A stretch of DNA of 28,033 nt from Myxococcota bacterium. GTDB taxonomy: Bacteria > Myxococcota_A > UBA9160 > PR03. The stretch is taken from positions 1 to 28,033 of the forward strand of contig JBFIML010000049.1 of the NCBI GenBank assembly GCA_041611735.1, read 5' to 3'. A program made the translations under genes and the position numbers. Positions 18,201 to 26,362 of the stretch are shown piece after piece. Below the pieces are notes generated by a model. It did no database searches. It saw nothing but the letters and a program-made list of their open reading frames with translations, and had not been told where the DNA came from. Within the stretch, counting starts at the first letter, position 1. Each line of letters opens with the position of its first letter.

Positions 18201-19261
18201 TGCGCTTCGGCTTCGACGAGGATGTGCTGCTCCTCCAGCAGACGGTGCGCGACTTCCTGGTGAAGGAGTGCCCGCCGACGCGGGTTCGCGCGCTCTGGGA
18301 GACCGCGACCGGGCGCGACCGAAAGCTGTGGCGGCAGCTGGCCGAGCTGGGCGTGACCGGGCTGTGCGTCGCGGAAGCGCACGGGGGCCTCGGCCTCGAC
18401 GAGATCGCCGGCGTGCTGGTGCTCGAGGAGGCGGGCCGGGCGGCGCTGGCCGAGCCGTTGGGGGACTGCGCGGCGGTGGCGGCGCCGCTCCTGGCCGAGC
18501 TGGGCGACGCCGGGCGCTGGGCGCCCTGGCTCCAGCGCATCGCGGCGGGCGAGGCGGTGGTGGTCGTCGGTCACCCGGTCGACGCCTTCGTCGCCGACGC
18601 CCACGTGGCGGACCTGCTGCTGCTCCCGACCGGCGACGAGCTGCACGCCGTCCCGCGGCAGGAGGTGGAGCTGACCGCCCAGCCGGCCAACGACCCGGCG
18701 CGTCGGCTGTTCCGCGTGCGCTGGAACCCGGGCGGGGCCACCCGCGTGGCAGAGGGGCGCGAAGCCCGGGAGCTCCTGGCGGCGGCGGGCGACCGCGGCG
18801 CCCTGGCCTGTGCGGCCCAGCAGCTCGGCGTAACCGGGCACCTCCTCGACCTGGCCGTGACCCATGCCAGCCAGCGACGCCAGTTCGGGCGCCCGATCGG
18901 CTCATTCCAGGCGGTGGCCCACCGGCTGGCCGACGCGAAGGTACGGCTGGAGTACGCGCGGCCCGTGGTGCAACGATCGGCCCACTCGGTGGCGCGCGGC
19001 GCCCGCGGCCGGGCGCTGCACGTCTCCCACGCCAAGCTCGCCGCCGACGCCGCCGCCCTCTTCGCCGCCAAGGCCGCGCTTCAGGTGCACGGCGCGATCG
19101 GCTACACCTGGGAGCAGGATCTCCACGTCTGGATGCGACGGGCCTGGTCGCTGGCGAGGGCGTGGGGGGACGAGGCCTTCCACCGGGCACGCGTGGCGGA
19201 CTGGCTGCTCTCGGAGGACGCCCGGATCGGGCCGGGAACCAGCTTCGAAGGAGGTAGCTGA
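18200..19261 (+). CDS. fadE32: Acyl-CoA dehydrogenase, FadE32-like partner subunit
   Basis: MRFGFDE..., RQFGRPIGSFQAVAH, LQVHGAIGYTWEQDLH. TGATG coupling to the fadE31-like gene is typical of heteromeric steroid ACAD pairs. Confidence 0.72.
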   Translation: MRFGFDEDVLLLQQTVRDFLVKECPPTRVRALWETATGRDRKLWRQLAELGVTGLCVAEAHGGLGLDEIAGVLVLEEAGRAALAEPLGDCAAVAAPLLAELGDAGRWAPWLQRIAAGEAVVVVGHPVDAFVADAHVADLLLLPTGDELHAVPRQEVELTAQPANDPARRLFRVRWNPGGATRVAEGREARELLAAAGDRGALACAAQQLGVTGHLLDLAVTHASQRRQFGRPIGSFQAVAHRLADAKVRLEYARPVVQRSAHSVARGARGRALHVSHAKLAADAAALFAAKAALQVHGAIGYTWEQDLHVWMRRAWSLARAWGDEAFHRARVADWLLSEDARIGPGTSFEGGS

Positions 19262-19263
19262 AG

Positions 19264-20415
19264 ATGGGCGAGGCCTACATCGTGGACGCCGTGCGTACGC
19301 CGGTGGGAAGGCGCGGGGGCGGGCTCTCCCAGGCCCACCCGGCGGACCTCGGGGCGCACGTGATCCGAGCCCTGGTGGAGCGCACGGGGATCGACCCGGC
19401 CGCCGTGGAGGACGTGGTGTTCGGCTGCTGCGACACCCTCGGTCCCCAGGCGGGCGACGTGGCGCGCACCTGCTGGCTCGCGGCGGGGCTCCCGGAGCAC
19501 GTCCCGGGCGTCACCATCGACCGCCAGTGCGGCTCCTCCCAGCAGGCGGTGCACTTCGCTGCCCAGGGCGTCATGAGCGGGACCCAGGATCTCGTGGTGG
19601 CGGGCGGGGTCCAGAACATGAGCCAGATCCCGATCTCCTCCGCCATGACGCTGGCCGAGCCCCTGGGCTTCGCCGATCCCTTCTCGGGCTCCCGGGGCTG
19701 GGTGGCCCGCTACGGGACCCAGGAGGTGTCCCAATTCCGGGGCGCCGAGCTCATCGCCGAGAAGTGGAGCATCTCCCGGGAGGACATGGAGGTCTTCGCC
19801 CTGGAGAGCCACCGGCGCGCGATCCGGGCCATCGACGAGGGGCGCTTCGAGAACGAGATCGTGCCCTACGGCGACGTGAAGACGGACGAAGGACCGCGCC
19901 GCGACACGAGCCTCGAGAAGATGGCGAAGCTGAAGACCCTCACCGAGGGCGGGCGGCTCACGGCGGCGGTCTCGAGCCAGATCTCCGACGGGGCCACGGC
20001 GGTGCTGGTAGCGTCGGAGCTCGCGGTGAAGCAGCACGGGCTGCGGCCGCGGGCGCGCATCCACCACCTGAGCGTGCGGGCGGACGACCCGATCTTCATG
20101 CTGACGGCCCCGATCCCTGCCACCCAGTACGCGCTCCGGAAGGCCGGCATGAAGCTCCAGGACATCGATCTGGTGGAGATCAACGAGGCCTTCGCGCCGG
20201 TGGTGCTGGCCTGGCAGAAGGAGACCGGCGCGGATCTCGCGCGGGTGAACGTGAACGGCGGGGCCGTCGCCCTCGGGCACCCCATCGGCGCCACGGGGAC
20301 ACGCTTGATGGCGACGCTCCTGAACGAGCTCGAGCGCACCGGCGGCCGCTACGGCCTCCAGACCATGTGCGAAGGCGGCGGCCAGGCCAACGTCACCATC
20401 CTGGAGCGGGTGTAG
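19264..20415 (+). CDS. fadA6: Acetyl-CoA acyltransferase (thiolase) FadA6-like
   Basis: DRQCGSSQQA, VQNMSQIPISSAM, RYGTQEVSQFRGAELIAEKW, NEAF, GHPIGATG, TMCEGGGQAN. Confidence 0.85.
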   Translation: MGEAYIVDAVRTPVGRRGGGLSQAHPADLGAHVIRALVERTGIDPAAVEDVVFGCCDTLGPQAGDVARTCWLAAGLPEHVPGVTIDRQCGSSQQAVHFAAQGVMSGTQDLVVAGGVQNMSQIPISSAMTLAEPLGFADPFSGSRGWVARYGTQEVSQFRGAELIAEKWSISREDMEVFALESHRRAIRAIDEGRFENEIVPYGDVKTDEGPRRDTSLEKMAKLKTLTEGGRLTAAVSSQISDGATAVLVASELAVKQHGLRPRARIHHLSVRADDPIFMLTAPIPATQYALRKAGMKLQDIDLVEINEAFAPVVLAWQKETGADLARVNVNGGAVALGHPIGATGTRLMATLLNELERTGGRYGLQTMCEGGGQANVTILERV

Positions 20416-20432
20416 AGAGGCGGAGAGGCGAG

Positions 20433-21347
20433 ATGTCCAAACTCTGCGACGGTCGCGTGGTGATCGTGACCGGGGCCGGACGGGGCATTGGCCGCGCCCA
20501 CGCCCTGGCCTTCGCCCGCCAGGGCGCACGGGTGGTGGTCAACGATCTCGGCGCCAATGCCGACGGCAGCGGGCGCGCCGAAGGCCCGGCTCAGGACGTG
20601 GTGGACGCCATCCGGGCCGCCGGCGGCGAAGCCATCGCCGACGGGGCGGACGTCGCCGACTGGGAGCAGGCCGGCGCGCTGGTTCGGGCCGCCCTCGACG
20701 CCTTCGGCCGCCTCGACGTGGTGGTGAACAACGCCGGCTTCGTGCGCGACCGCATGTTCGTCAGCGCTGGCGAAGCGGAGTGGGACGCGGTGGTCCGCGT
20801 CCACCTGAAGGGCCACTTCTGCGTGGCGCGCCACGCGAGCGCCCACTGGCGCAACGAGGCCAAGGCGGGCCGCCCCGTGGACGCCCGCCTCGTCAACACC
20901 AGCTCGGGCGCCGGGCTCCAGGGGAGCGTCGGCCAGGGCGCCTACTCGGCCGCCAAGGCGGGGATCGCCGCGCTGACCCTCGTCCAGGCAGCGGAGCTGC
21001 GCCGCTACGGGATCACCGCCAACGCCATCGCCCCGGCCGCGCGGACACGCATGACCGAGACCGTCTTCGCGGACATGATGAAGAAGCCGGAGCGCGGCTT
21101 CGACGCCATGGCGCCGGAGAACGTCTCGCCGCTGGTGGTCTGGCTGGGGAGCGCCGAGTCGCGCGACGTCACGGGCCGCGTCTTCGAGGTGTCGGGCGGG
21201 AAGATCAGCCTGGCCGACGGCTGGCGCACGGGACCCGCGCTGGACAAGGGCGGGCGCTGGGAGCCCGACGAGGTGGGCGCCGCCGTTGTGGAGCTCCTCG
21301 CCAAGGCCACCCCACCGCAACGCGTCTACGGGGACGTTGTTGACTGA
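20433..21347 (+). CDS. Short-chain dehydrogenase/reductase, Rv3548c-like
   Basis: TGAGRGIGRAHALAFA, VVVNDLG, NNAGFVRDRMF, VHLKGHF, GSVGQGAYSAAK, ARTRMTE, FDAMAPENVSPLVVWLGS. The last residues GDVVD* are encoded by a repeat arm. Confidence 0.87.
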   Translation: MSKLCDGRVVIVTGAGRGIGRAHALAFARQGARVVVNDLGANADGSGRAEGPAQDVVDAIRAAGGEAIADGADVADWEQAGALVRAALDAFGRLDVVVNNAGFVRDRMFVSAGEAEWDAVVRVHLKGHFCVARHASAHWRNEAKAGRPVDARLVNTSSGAGLQGSVGQGAYSAAKAGIAALTLVQAAELRRYGITANAIAPAARTRMTETVFADMMKKPERGFDAMAPENVSPLVVWLGSAESRDVTGRVFEVSGGKISLADGWRTGPALDKGGRWEPDEVGAAVVELLAKATPPQRVYGDVVD

Positions 21348-21438
21348 TTGACTTGTTCGCGCCGCAAGCGCACCCGGCCGCCCAACCGACCGGCCCGGAG
21401 CACCCCCGGGAAGAAGTCAATTAGTCAAGAACGTCCCT
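21330..21438. repeat. Inverted-repeat element copy C (109 bp)
   Basis: Arms 21330-21359 GGGGACGTTGTTGACTGATTGACTTGTTCG and reverse complement of 21409-21438 AGGGACGTTCTTGACTAATTGACTTCTTCC; 25/30 identical; 49-bp spacer. Confidence 0.9.
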
Positions 21439-21451
21439 GGCGAGGAGCCCC

Positions 21452-22657
21452 ATGGAGCTGGCGTTCACGGAGGAGCAGGAGGCGCTGCGGGAGACGGCGC
21501 GGGCGTTCCTGGCCGAGCACTCCTCCTCCGAGCATGTGCGACGCGCCATGGCGACGGAGGCGGGCTTCGAGCCCGAGGTCTGGAAGCGCATGGGCTCCGA
21601 GCTCGGCTGGCCGGCGGTGATCGTGCCCGAAGCGTACGGCGGCCTGGGCCTCACCTGGGTCGAGCTCGTGGCGCTCCTCGAGGGGATGGGCGAGGCGCTG
21701 CTGTGCGCGCCCTACTTCTCGACGGTCTGCCTGGCCGCCAACGCGATCCTCGCCGCCGGCACGGACGCCCAGCAGCGCGCCTACCTGCCGGGGATCGCCG
21801 AGGGCCGCACCCGGGCGACGCTCACCGCCACCTCCACCGACGCCGCCGGCCCGACGGCCCGCCGCGACGGCGCCCACTGGGTCCTCTCGGGCCGCGAGCG
21901 CCACGTCCTCGACGGCCACGGGGCGGACCTGCTGGTGGTCGCCGCCGGCGAGGCCAGACCTGGCCGCGCGCCCCAACCGGCCCGCCAACCGGAGCCGGCC
22001 CACGACGCCGGGCCGGGCCGCGCCCCCGGACCCAGCGGGTCGACCCCCCACCTCGGCCTCTTCCTCGTCCCCGCCGACACCCCGGGCCTCGCGCGCCGTG
22101 CGCTCCCGACCCTGGACCCGACCCGCCGCCTGGCGGAGATCGAGCTCGCCGACGTGCGCCTCCCCGCCGACGCCCGCCTCGGCACCGACGCCGACGCCGC
22201 CCCCGCCCGATCCCGCGCCCTGGACCGCGCGGCCATCGCGCTCGCCGCCGAGCAGGTGGGCGGCGCCCAGCGCTGCCTCGACCTGGCCGTGGCCCATGCG
22301 CGACAGCGCGTCCAGTTCGGGCGCCCCATCGGCTCCTTCCAGGCCATCCAGCACCGCTGCGCGGACATGATGCTGCGCGTGGAGGCGGCCCGCTCCGCCG
22401 CCTACTACGCCGCCTGCGTGGCCGCCGAGGGCCGCGACGAGCTCCCGCTCGTGGCCTCCCTGGCCAAGGCCTACGCCTCCGAGGCCTACTTCTTCTGCGC
22501 CGCCGAGTGCCTGCAGATCCACGGCGGCGTGGGCTTCACCTGGGAGTACGACGTGCACCTGCACCTGAAGCGCGCGCGCGCCGGCGAGGCCTTCCTGGGC
22601 ACGCCCGCCCAGCACCGCGAGCGCGTGGCCCAGCGCCTGCTGGACGCGCCGGCCTGA
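21452..22657 (+). CDS. Acyl-CoA dehydrogenase family protein (partner-subunit type) with Pro-rich insertion
   Basis: MELAFTEEQEALRE, PEAYGGLG, LDPTRR, RVQFGRPIGSFQAIQH, QIHGGVGFTWEYDVH; GAGGAG RBS. Confidence 0.85.
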   Translation: MELAFTEEQEALRETARAFLAEHSSSEHVRRAMATEAGFEPEVWKRMGSELGWPAVIVPEAYGGLGLTWVELVALLEGMGEALLCAPYFSTVCLAANAILAAGTDAQQRAYLPGIAEGRTRATLTATSTDAAGPTARRDGAHWVLSGRERHVLDGHGADLLVVAAGEARPGRAPQPARQPEPAHDAGPGRAPGPSGSTPHLGLFLVPADTPGLARRALPTLDPTRRLAEIELADVRLPADARLGTDADAAPARSRALDRAAIALAAEQVGGAQRCLDLAVAHARQRVQFGRPIGSFQAIQHRCADMMLRVEAARSAAYYAACVAAEGRDELPLVASLAKAYASEAYFFCAAECLQIHGGVGFTWEYDVHLHLKRARAGEAFLGTPAQHRERVAQRLLDAPA

Positions 22658-22664
22658 CGCGCGC

Positions 22665-24098
22665 TCAGCCCTTGCCGCGCCGACTCAAGGCCTTCCAGTC
22701 CGTGTGCTGCGGCTGGCCGGGCCGGTCCAGCCGCTCGTAGCCGTGGCTCCCGAACCAGTCGCGCTGGGCCTGGATCAGACTGGCGCTCCCGCGCCCCGTG
22801 GTGAGCGTGTCGAACCAGGCGAGCGACGCGGCGAGGCCGGGCACCGGGATCCCGGCGCCCGCCGCCGCGGCCAGCGTGCGCCGCCAGGCGGGAAGCCGGG
22901 CCGCGAGCTCGTCGCGAAACGCGGGCGCAAGCGCCAGCAGCTCCGGCGCGGCGGCAGCGAGGACCTGCCGCACCCGGTCCAGGAAGCGCGCGCGGATGAT
23001 GCAGCCCGCCTTCCAGATGCGGGCCACCTCGCCGAGGTCGGTTCCGTAGTCGTAGGCCGCGCTTCCCGCGCGAAGCAGCGCGAAGCCCTGGGCGTAGCTC
23101 GCGATCTTCGCGGCGTAGAGCGCGTCGCGCAGGTCGTCCGGCCCCAGGCCGGCGAGGCGCGCACTGCGCGGCCCGCCGAAGGCCTGCTCCGCCTCGACCC
23201 GCAGCGTCTTTGCCGCCGAGAGCACGCGCGCGTCCACCGCCGCCGCGAGGGTGGGGATCGCCACCCCGAGGTCGAGCGCCGCCTGCACCGCCCAGCGCCC
23301 GGTCCCCTTCTGCCCGGCCCGATCGAGGACCGCGTCGAGGAGAAGCGCGCCACCCCCCTGCTCCGGGTCGCGCGCCCGGAAGATCCCCGCCGTGATCTCC
23401 ACCAGGAAGCTCTCGAGCTCGCCCCGGTTCCAGGCGTCGAAGACGTCGGCCACCCGCTCGGGTTCCAGGCCAAGGCCGGCGCGCAGCAGCGTCGCCGTCT
23501 CGGCGATGAGCTGCATGTCGCCGTACTCGATCCCGTTGTGGACCATCTTGACGAAGTGGCCGGCCGAGCCGCGCCCGCACCAGGTGACGCACGGGCCGGC
23601 GTCGCTCTCCGCCGCCATGGACTCGAAGAGCGGACGCAGGGTCGGCCAGGCCCTCGGGTCGCCACCGGGCATGAGCGACGGGCCCTCGAGCGCTCCCTCG
23701 GCTCCACCGGAGACTCCCATCCCCACGAAGTGCCAGGGCCGCGACGCGGCCCGCGCCTGGCGCCGGTCCGTGTCCGCGTAGAGGCTGTTGCCCCCGTCGA
23801 TCACCACGTCGTCCGGGCCGAGCAGCGGGTCGAGGGCGTCGAGCACCTGGTCCACCGGCGGGCCCGCGGGCACCATCAGGAGGACGCGCCGGGGAGGCAC
23901 GAGCATCGCCGCGAGCGCCTTCCAGTCGCCGGCCACGCCGAGCCGGGCCTCCGGGTGGGCGGCGGCCAGGCGGCGCGCGTCCTCCACGCGCAGGTCGAAG
24001 CCCGCCACCCGATGTCCGCGACGCGCCAGGTTGCGCGCCAGGTTCGCGCCCATGACCCCGAGCCCCACCACCGCGATGTCGAACTCGGCGCGGCTCAT
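22665..24098 (-). CDS. gnd: 6-phosphogluconate dehydrogenase (decarboxylating, long-chain type)
   Basis: GLGVMGANLARN, LMVPAG, IDGGNS, GMGVSGGAEGA, GHFVKMVHNGIEYGDMQLIAE, GQKGTGRW, GCIIRA, QAQRDWFGSHGYER. Confidence 0.93.
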   Translation of the reverse strand: MSRAEFDIAVVGLGVMGANLARNLARRGHRVAGFDLRVEDARRLAAAHPEARLGVAGDWKALAAMLVPPRRVLLMVPAGPPVDQVLDALDPLLGPDDVVIDGGNSLYADTDRRQARAASRPWHFVGMGVSGGAEGALEGPSLMPGGDPRAWPTLRPLFESMAAESDAGPCVTWCGRGSAGHFVKMVHNGIEYGDMQLIAETATLLRAGLGLEPERVADVFDAWNRGELESFLVEITAGIFRARDPEQGGGALLLDAVLDRAGQKGTGRWAVQAALDLGVAIPTLAAAVDARVLSAAKTLRVEAEQAFGGPRSARLAGLGPDDLRDALYAAKIASYAQGFALLRAGSAAYDYGTDLGEVARIWKAGCIIRARFLDRVRQVLAAAAPELLALAPAFRDELAARLPAWRRTLAAAAGAGIPVPGLAASLAWFDTLTTGRGSASLIQAQRDWFGSHGYERLDRPGQPQHTDWKALSRRGKG

Positions 24099-24775
24099 GG
24101 CGACCCACCGAGCGCCAGGTCCGTCACCAGCACGAGGCCGGGCAGGCCGTGGGCCGGCAGCGTCGGGTCCCCGGCCAGGAGCCGTTCCAGGGCGTCGCGC
24201 TTGGCCTCGCCCGTCGCCACCACGACGCTCGCCCGCACCGTCTCGAGGATGCTTCGCGTCAGGGTCACGCGCCGGGGCGGCGGCTTCGGGCTCGCCCCCA
24301 GGTAGGCGACGCGCGCTCCGGCCGGCGCGGGCGCTCCTGGAAAGAGCGACGCCACGTGACCGTCCTCGCCCAGGCCGAGCAGCACCACGTCGAGGGCATT
24401 CTCGAAGCGCGCGACGAGCGCCGCCTCGACCCGAGCCACCGCCTGGGCCCCGCTCTCGCCGTCCAGGTGGAGGGGCAGCTCCGCCTCCGGCGGCTGCGCC
24501 GCATCGAGGATGCCGGCCCGATACGCACTGCCGCGGTTCGACTCGGGGCTCGCGAAGGGGACGCAGCGCTCGTCCACCCAGGTGAGGCGCACCCGGCGCC
24601 ACGCCGCCCCGAGTCGCGCCCGGGTTCCGTGCAACGCCGCCAGGGCCGAGCCGCCCGGGATCGCGAGGCGAACCCCGCCGCGCTGCACCAGGACCTGGTG
24701 CAGCGCCTCCTCCACGAGGCGCCTCCCTTCCCGCGCCGGCTCCGCGCACGAGACCACGCGCGGCCGCTCAACCAC
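24095..24775 (-). CDS. pgl: 6-phosphogluconolactonase
   Basis: PGGS, WVDERCVP...SN, DVVLLGLGEDGHVASLFPG, SPKPPPRRVTLT, GEAK; lies between zwf and gnd with overlapping ends. Start placed at GTG 24775. Confidence 0.88.
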   Translation of the reverse strand: MVERPRVVSCAEPAREGRRLVEEALHQVLVQRGGVRLAIPGGSALAALHGTRARLGAAWRRVRLTWVDERCVPFASPESNRGSAYRAGILDAAQPPEAELPLHLDGESGAQAVARVEAALVARFENALDVVLLGLGEDGHVASLFPGAPAPAGARVAYLGASPKPPPRRVTLTRSILETVRASVVVATGEAKRDALERLLAGDPTLPAHGLPGLVLVTDLALGGSP

Positions 24776-26285
24776 GCGACCAGCCGCCCTCGCAGCCGTG
24801 GAAGAGCGCCTGGGCCTCGGGCGGTCCCCAGCTCCCGGCCGGGTACTCGAGGAGCGGCGGCCCGTCGCCGTGACCCCAGGCGTCGAGCACGGCGTCCGCG
24901 TAGCGCCACGCCGCCTCGATCTCGTCCGCGCGCAGGAAGAGCGTCTGGTCACCTTCGAGCGCGTCGAGCAGCAGGCGCTCGTAGGCCTCCGGCGGGTCGG
25001 CGCCGAAGTGCTCGCGGTAGTCGAAGCCGAGGTTCGCCGGGGCCATCACCATCTGCGCGCCGGGCTGCTTGACGCCGAAGGAGAGCGCGATGGCCTCGCG
25101 CGGCTGGATCGCCAGGGTCAGCACGTTGGGTCGGATCTGGCACAGCGAGCCGTCGCGCAGGGCGCGGCGGAACTCGGCGGTGTCCATGTCGTCGGGGCGG
25201 TTGAAGAGCTGGATCGGCGCCGACCGGAACTGCACCTGCACCTCGGTGAACTTCCGGGTCAGGCGCTTGCCGTGCCGCAGCAGGAAGGGGACGCCGCTCC
25301 AGCGCCAGTTGTCGATCTCCGCCCGCAGCGCCACGTAGGTCTCGGTGCCCGAGTCGGCGGGCACGCCCGCCTCCTCCAGGTAACCCTTCACAGCTCGGCC
25401 GCCGACGCTCCCCACCGTGTAGCGCGCCCGCACCGTGTTCTCGCGCACGTAGGCCGGATCGGGACAGTGGAGCGCCCGCAGCACCTCCACCTTCTGGCTG
25501 CGCACATCGTCGGCGTCCAGCGAGGCCGGCGCCTCCATGGCCACCAGGGCCAGGATCTGGAGCATGTGGTTCTGGAGCATGTCGCGCAGCGCGCCGGCGC
25601 CGTCGTAGTAGCCGCCGCGCTCGCCGACGCCCTCCTCCTCGGCCACGCTCACCTGCACGAGCTCCACGTGGTGACGGTTCCAGAGCGGCTCGAAGATGGC
25701 GTTGTGGAAGCGGAAGCCGAGCAGGTTCTGGACCGTCTCCTTCCCCAGATAGTGGTCGATGCGGTAGAGCTGGTGCTCGCGCAGGTGGTCGTGCAGCGCC
25801 TCGTTGAGCCTCCGGGCGCTGGCCAGGTCGCTCCCGAAGGGCTTCTCGATCACCACCCGGCGCCAGGCCACCGGCTCGCCCTCGCGCATGGCCAGCAGCC
25901 CCGCCTGGGCAAGCTTCGCCACCGAGACCCCGAAGAGCTCGGGCTTGAGCGAGAGGTAGAAGAGACGCCCGGCCTGGACGCCGCCCGGGAGGGCGTCGAG
26001 GCGCCGGGCGAGGGCGGCCAGCGCGTCGGCGTCGGCCACGTCGCCGGGCTGGTAGAAGATGCGCGGCGCCAGCGCCTCGAAGCCCGCCCGCAGCTCCGCC
26101 GGCAGGGCCTCGCGGAGCTCGGCGCGGAAGGCCTCGTCGCTCTTCTCGCGACGCGCCACGCCCACCACGCTGAAGCCGGGCTTCGGCCGTCCCTGCCCGG
26201 CCAGGCTCGTCAGGGCGGGCACCAGCTTGCGGCGCGTCAGGTCGCCGCTCGCGCCGAAGATCACGATCTGCTGCGGGGCGCTCAC
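24768..26285 (-). CDS. zwf: Glucose-6-phosphate 1-dehydrogenase
   Basis: IFGASGDLTRRKL, IEKPFG, YRIDHYLGKETVQN, RDMLQNH, RWSGVPF, EAYERLLLD, YPAGSWGP. Confidence 0.95.
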   Translation of the reverse strand: MSAPQQIVIFGASGDLTRRKLVPALTSLAGQGRPKPGFSVVGVARREKSDEAFRAELREALPAELRAGFEALAPRIFYQPGDVADADALAALARRLDALPGGVQAGRLFYLSLKPELFGVSVAKLAQAGLLAMREGEPVAWRRVVIEKPFGSDLASARRLNEALHDHLREHQLYRIDHYLGKETVQNLLGFRFHNAIFEPLWNRHHVELVQVSVAEEEGVGERGGYYDGAGALRDMLQNHMLQILALVAMEAPASLDADDVRSQKVEVLRALHCPDPAYVRENTVRARYTVGSVGGRAVKGYLEEAGVPADSGTETYVALRAEIDNWRWSGVPFLLRHGKRLTRKFTEVQVQFRSAPIQLFNRPDDMDTAEFRRALRDGSLCQIRPNVLTLAIQPREAIALSFGVKQPGAQMVMAPANLGFDYREHFGADPPEAYERLLLDALEGDQTLFLRADEIEAAWRYADAVLDAWGHGDGPPLLEYPAGSWGPPEAQALFHGCEGGWSRG

Positions 26286-26291
26286 GGCGCA

Positions 26292-26297
26292 AGCGTA
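26292..26297 (-). promoter_or_regulatory. Putative -10 hexamer TACGCT 6 nt upstream of the zwf GTG (leaderless-type)
   Basis: Minus strand gcgcTACGCTtgcgccGTG; no Shine-Dalgarno. Confidence 0.4.
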
Positions 26298-26362
26298 GCG
26301 CGGGCGGCGTTGGCGAACCGGGAGCGCGTCGTGTACCCCTCACTCGAGCGCACGGGCGGGGC

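Noticed and set aside
21360-21408. Resemblance between the copy C spacer and the ACAD insertion (shared CCAACCG, CCGGAGC)
   Set aside because: Short, gapped, low-complexity C-rich matches that cannot be distinguished from chance by eye.
13450-21438. The repeats as KstR (TnnAACnnGTTnnA) or KstR2 (AnCAAGnnCTTGnT) operators
   Set aside because: Neither palindrome is present in the arms or spacers, and no TetR regulator is in the window.
21330-21438. Tn3-family ends or intrinsic terminators
   Set aside because: Only the terminal GGGG resembles Tn3 IRs. There is no 5-bp target duplication, and no U-tract follows any hairpin.
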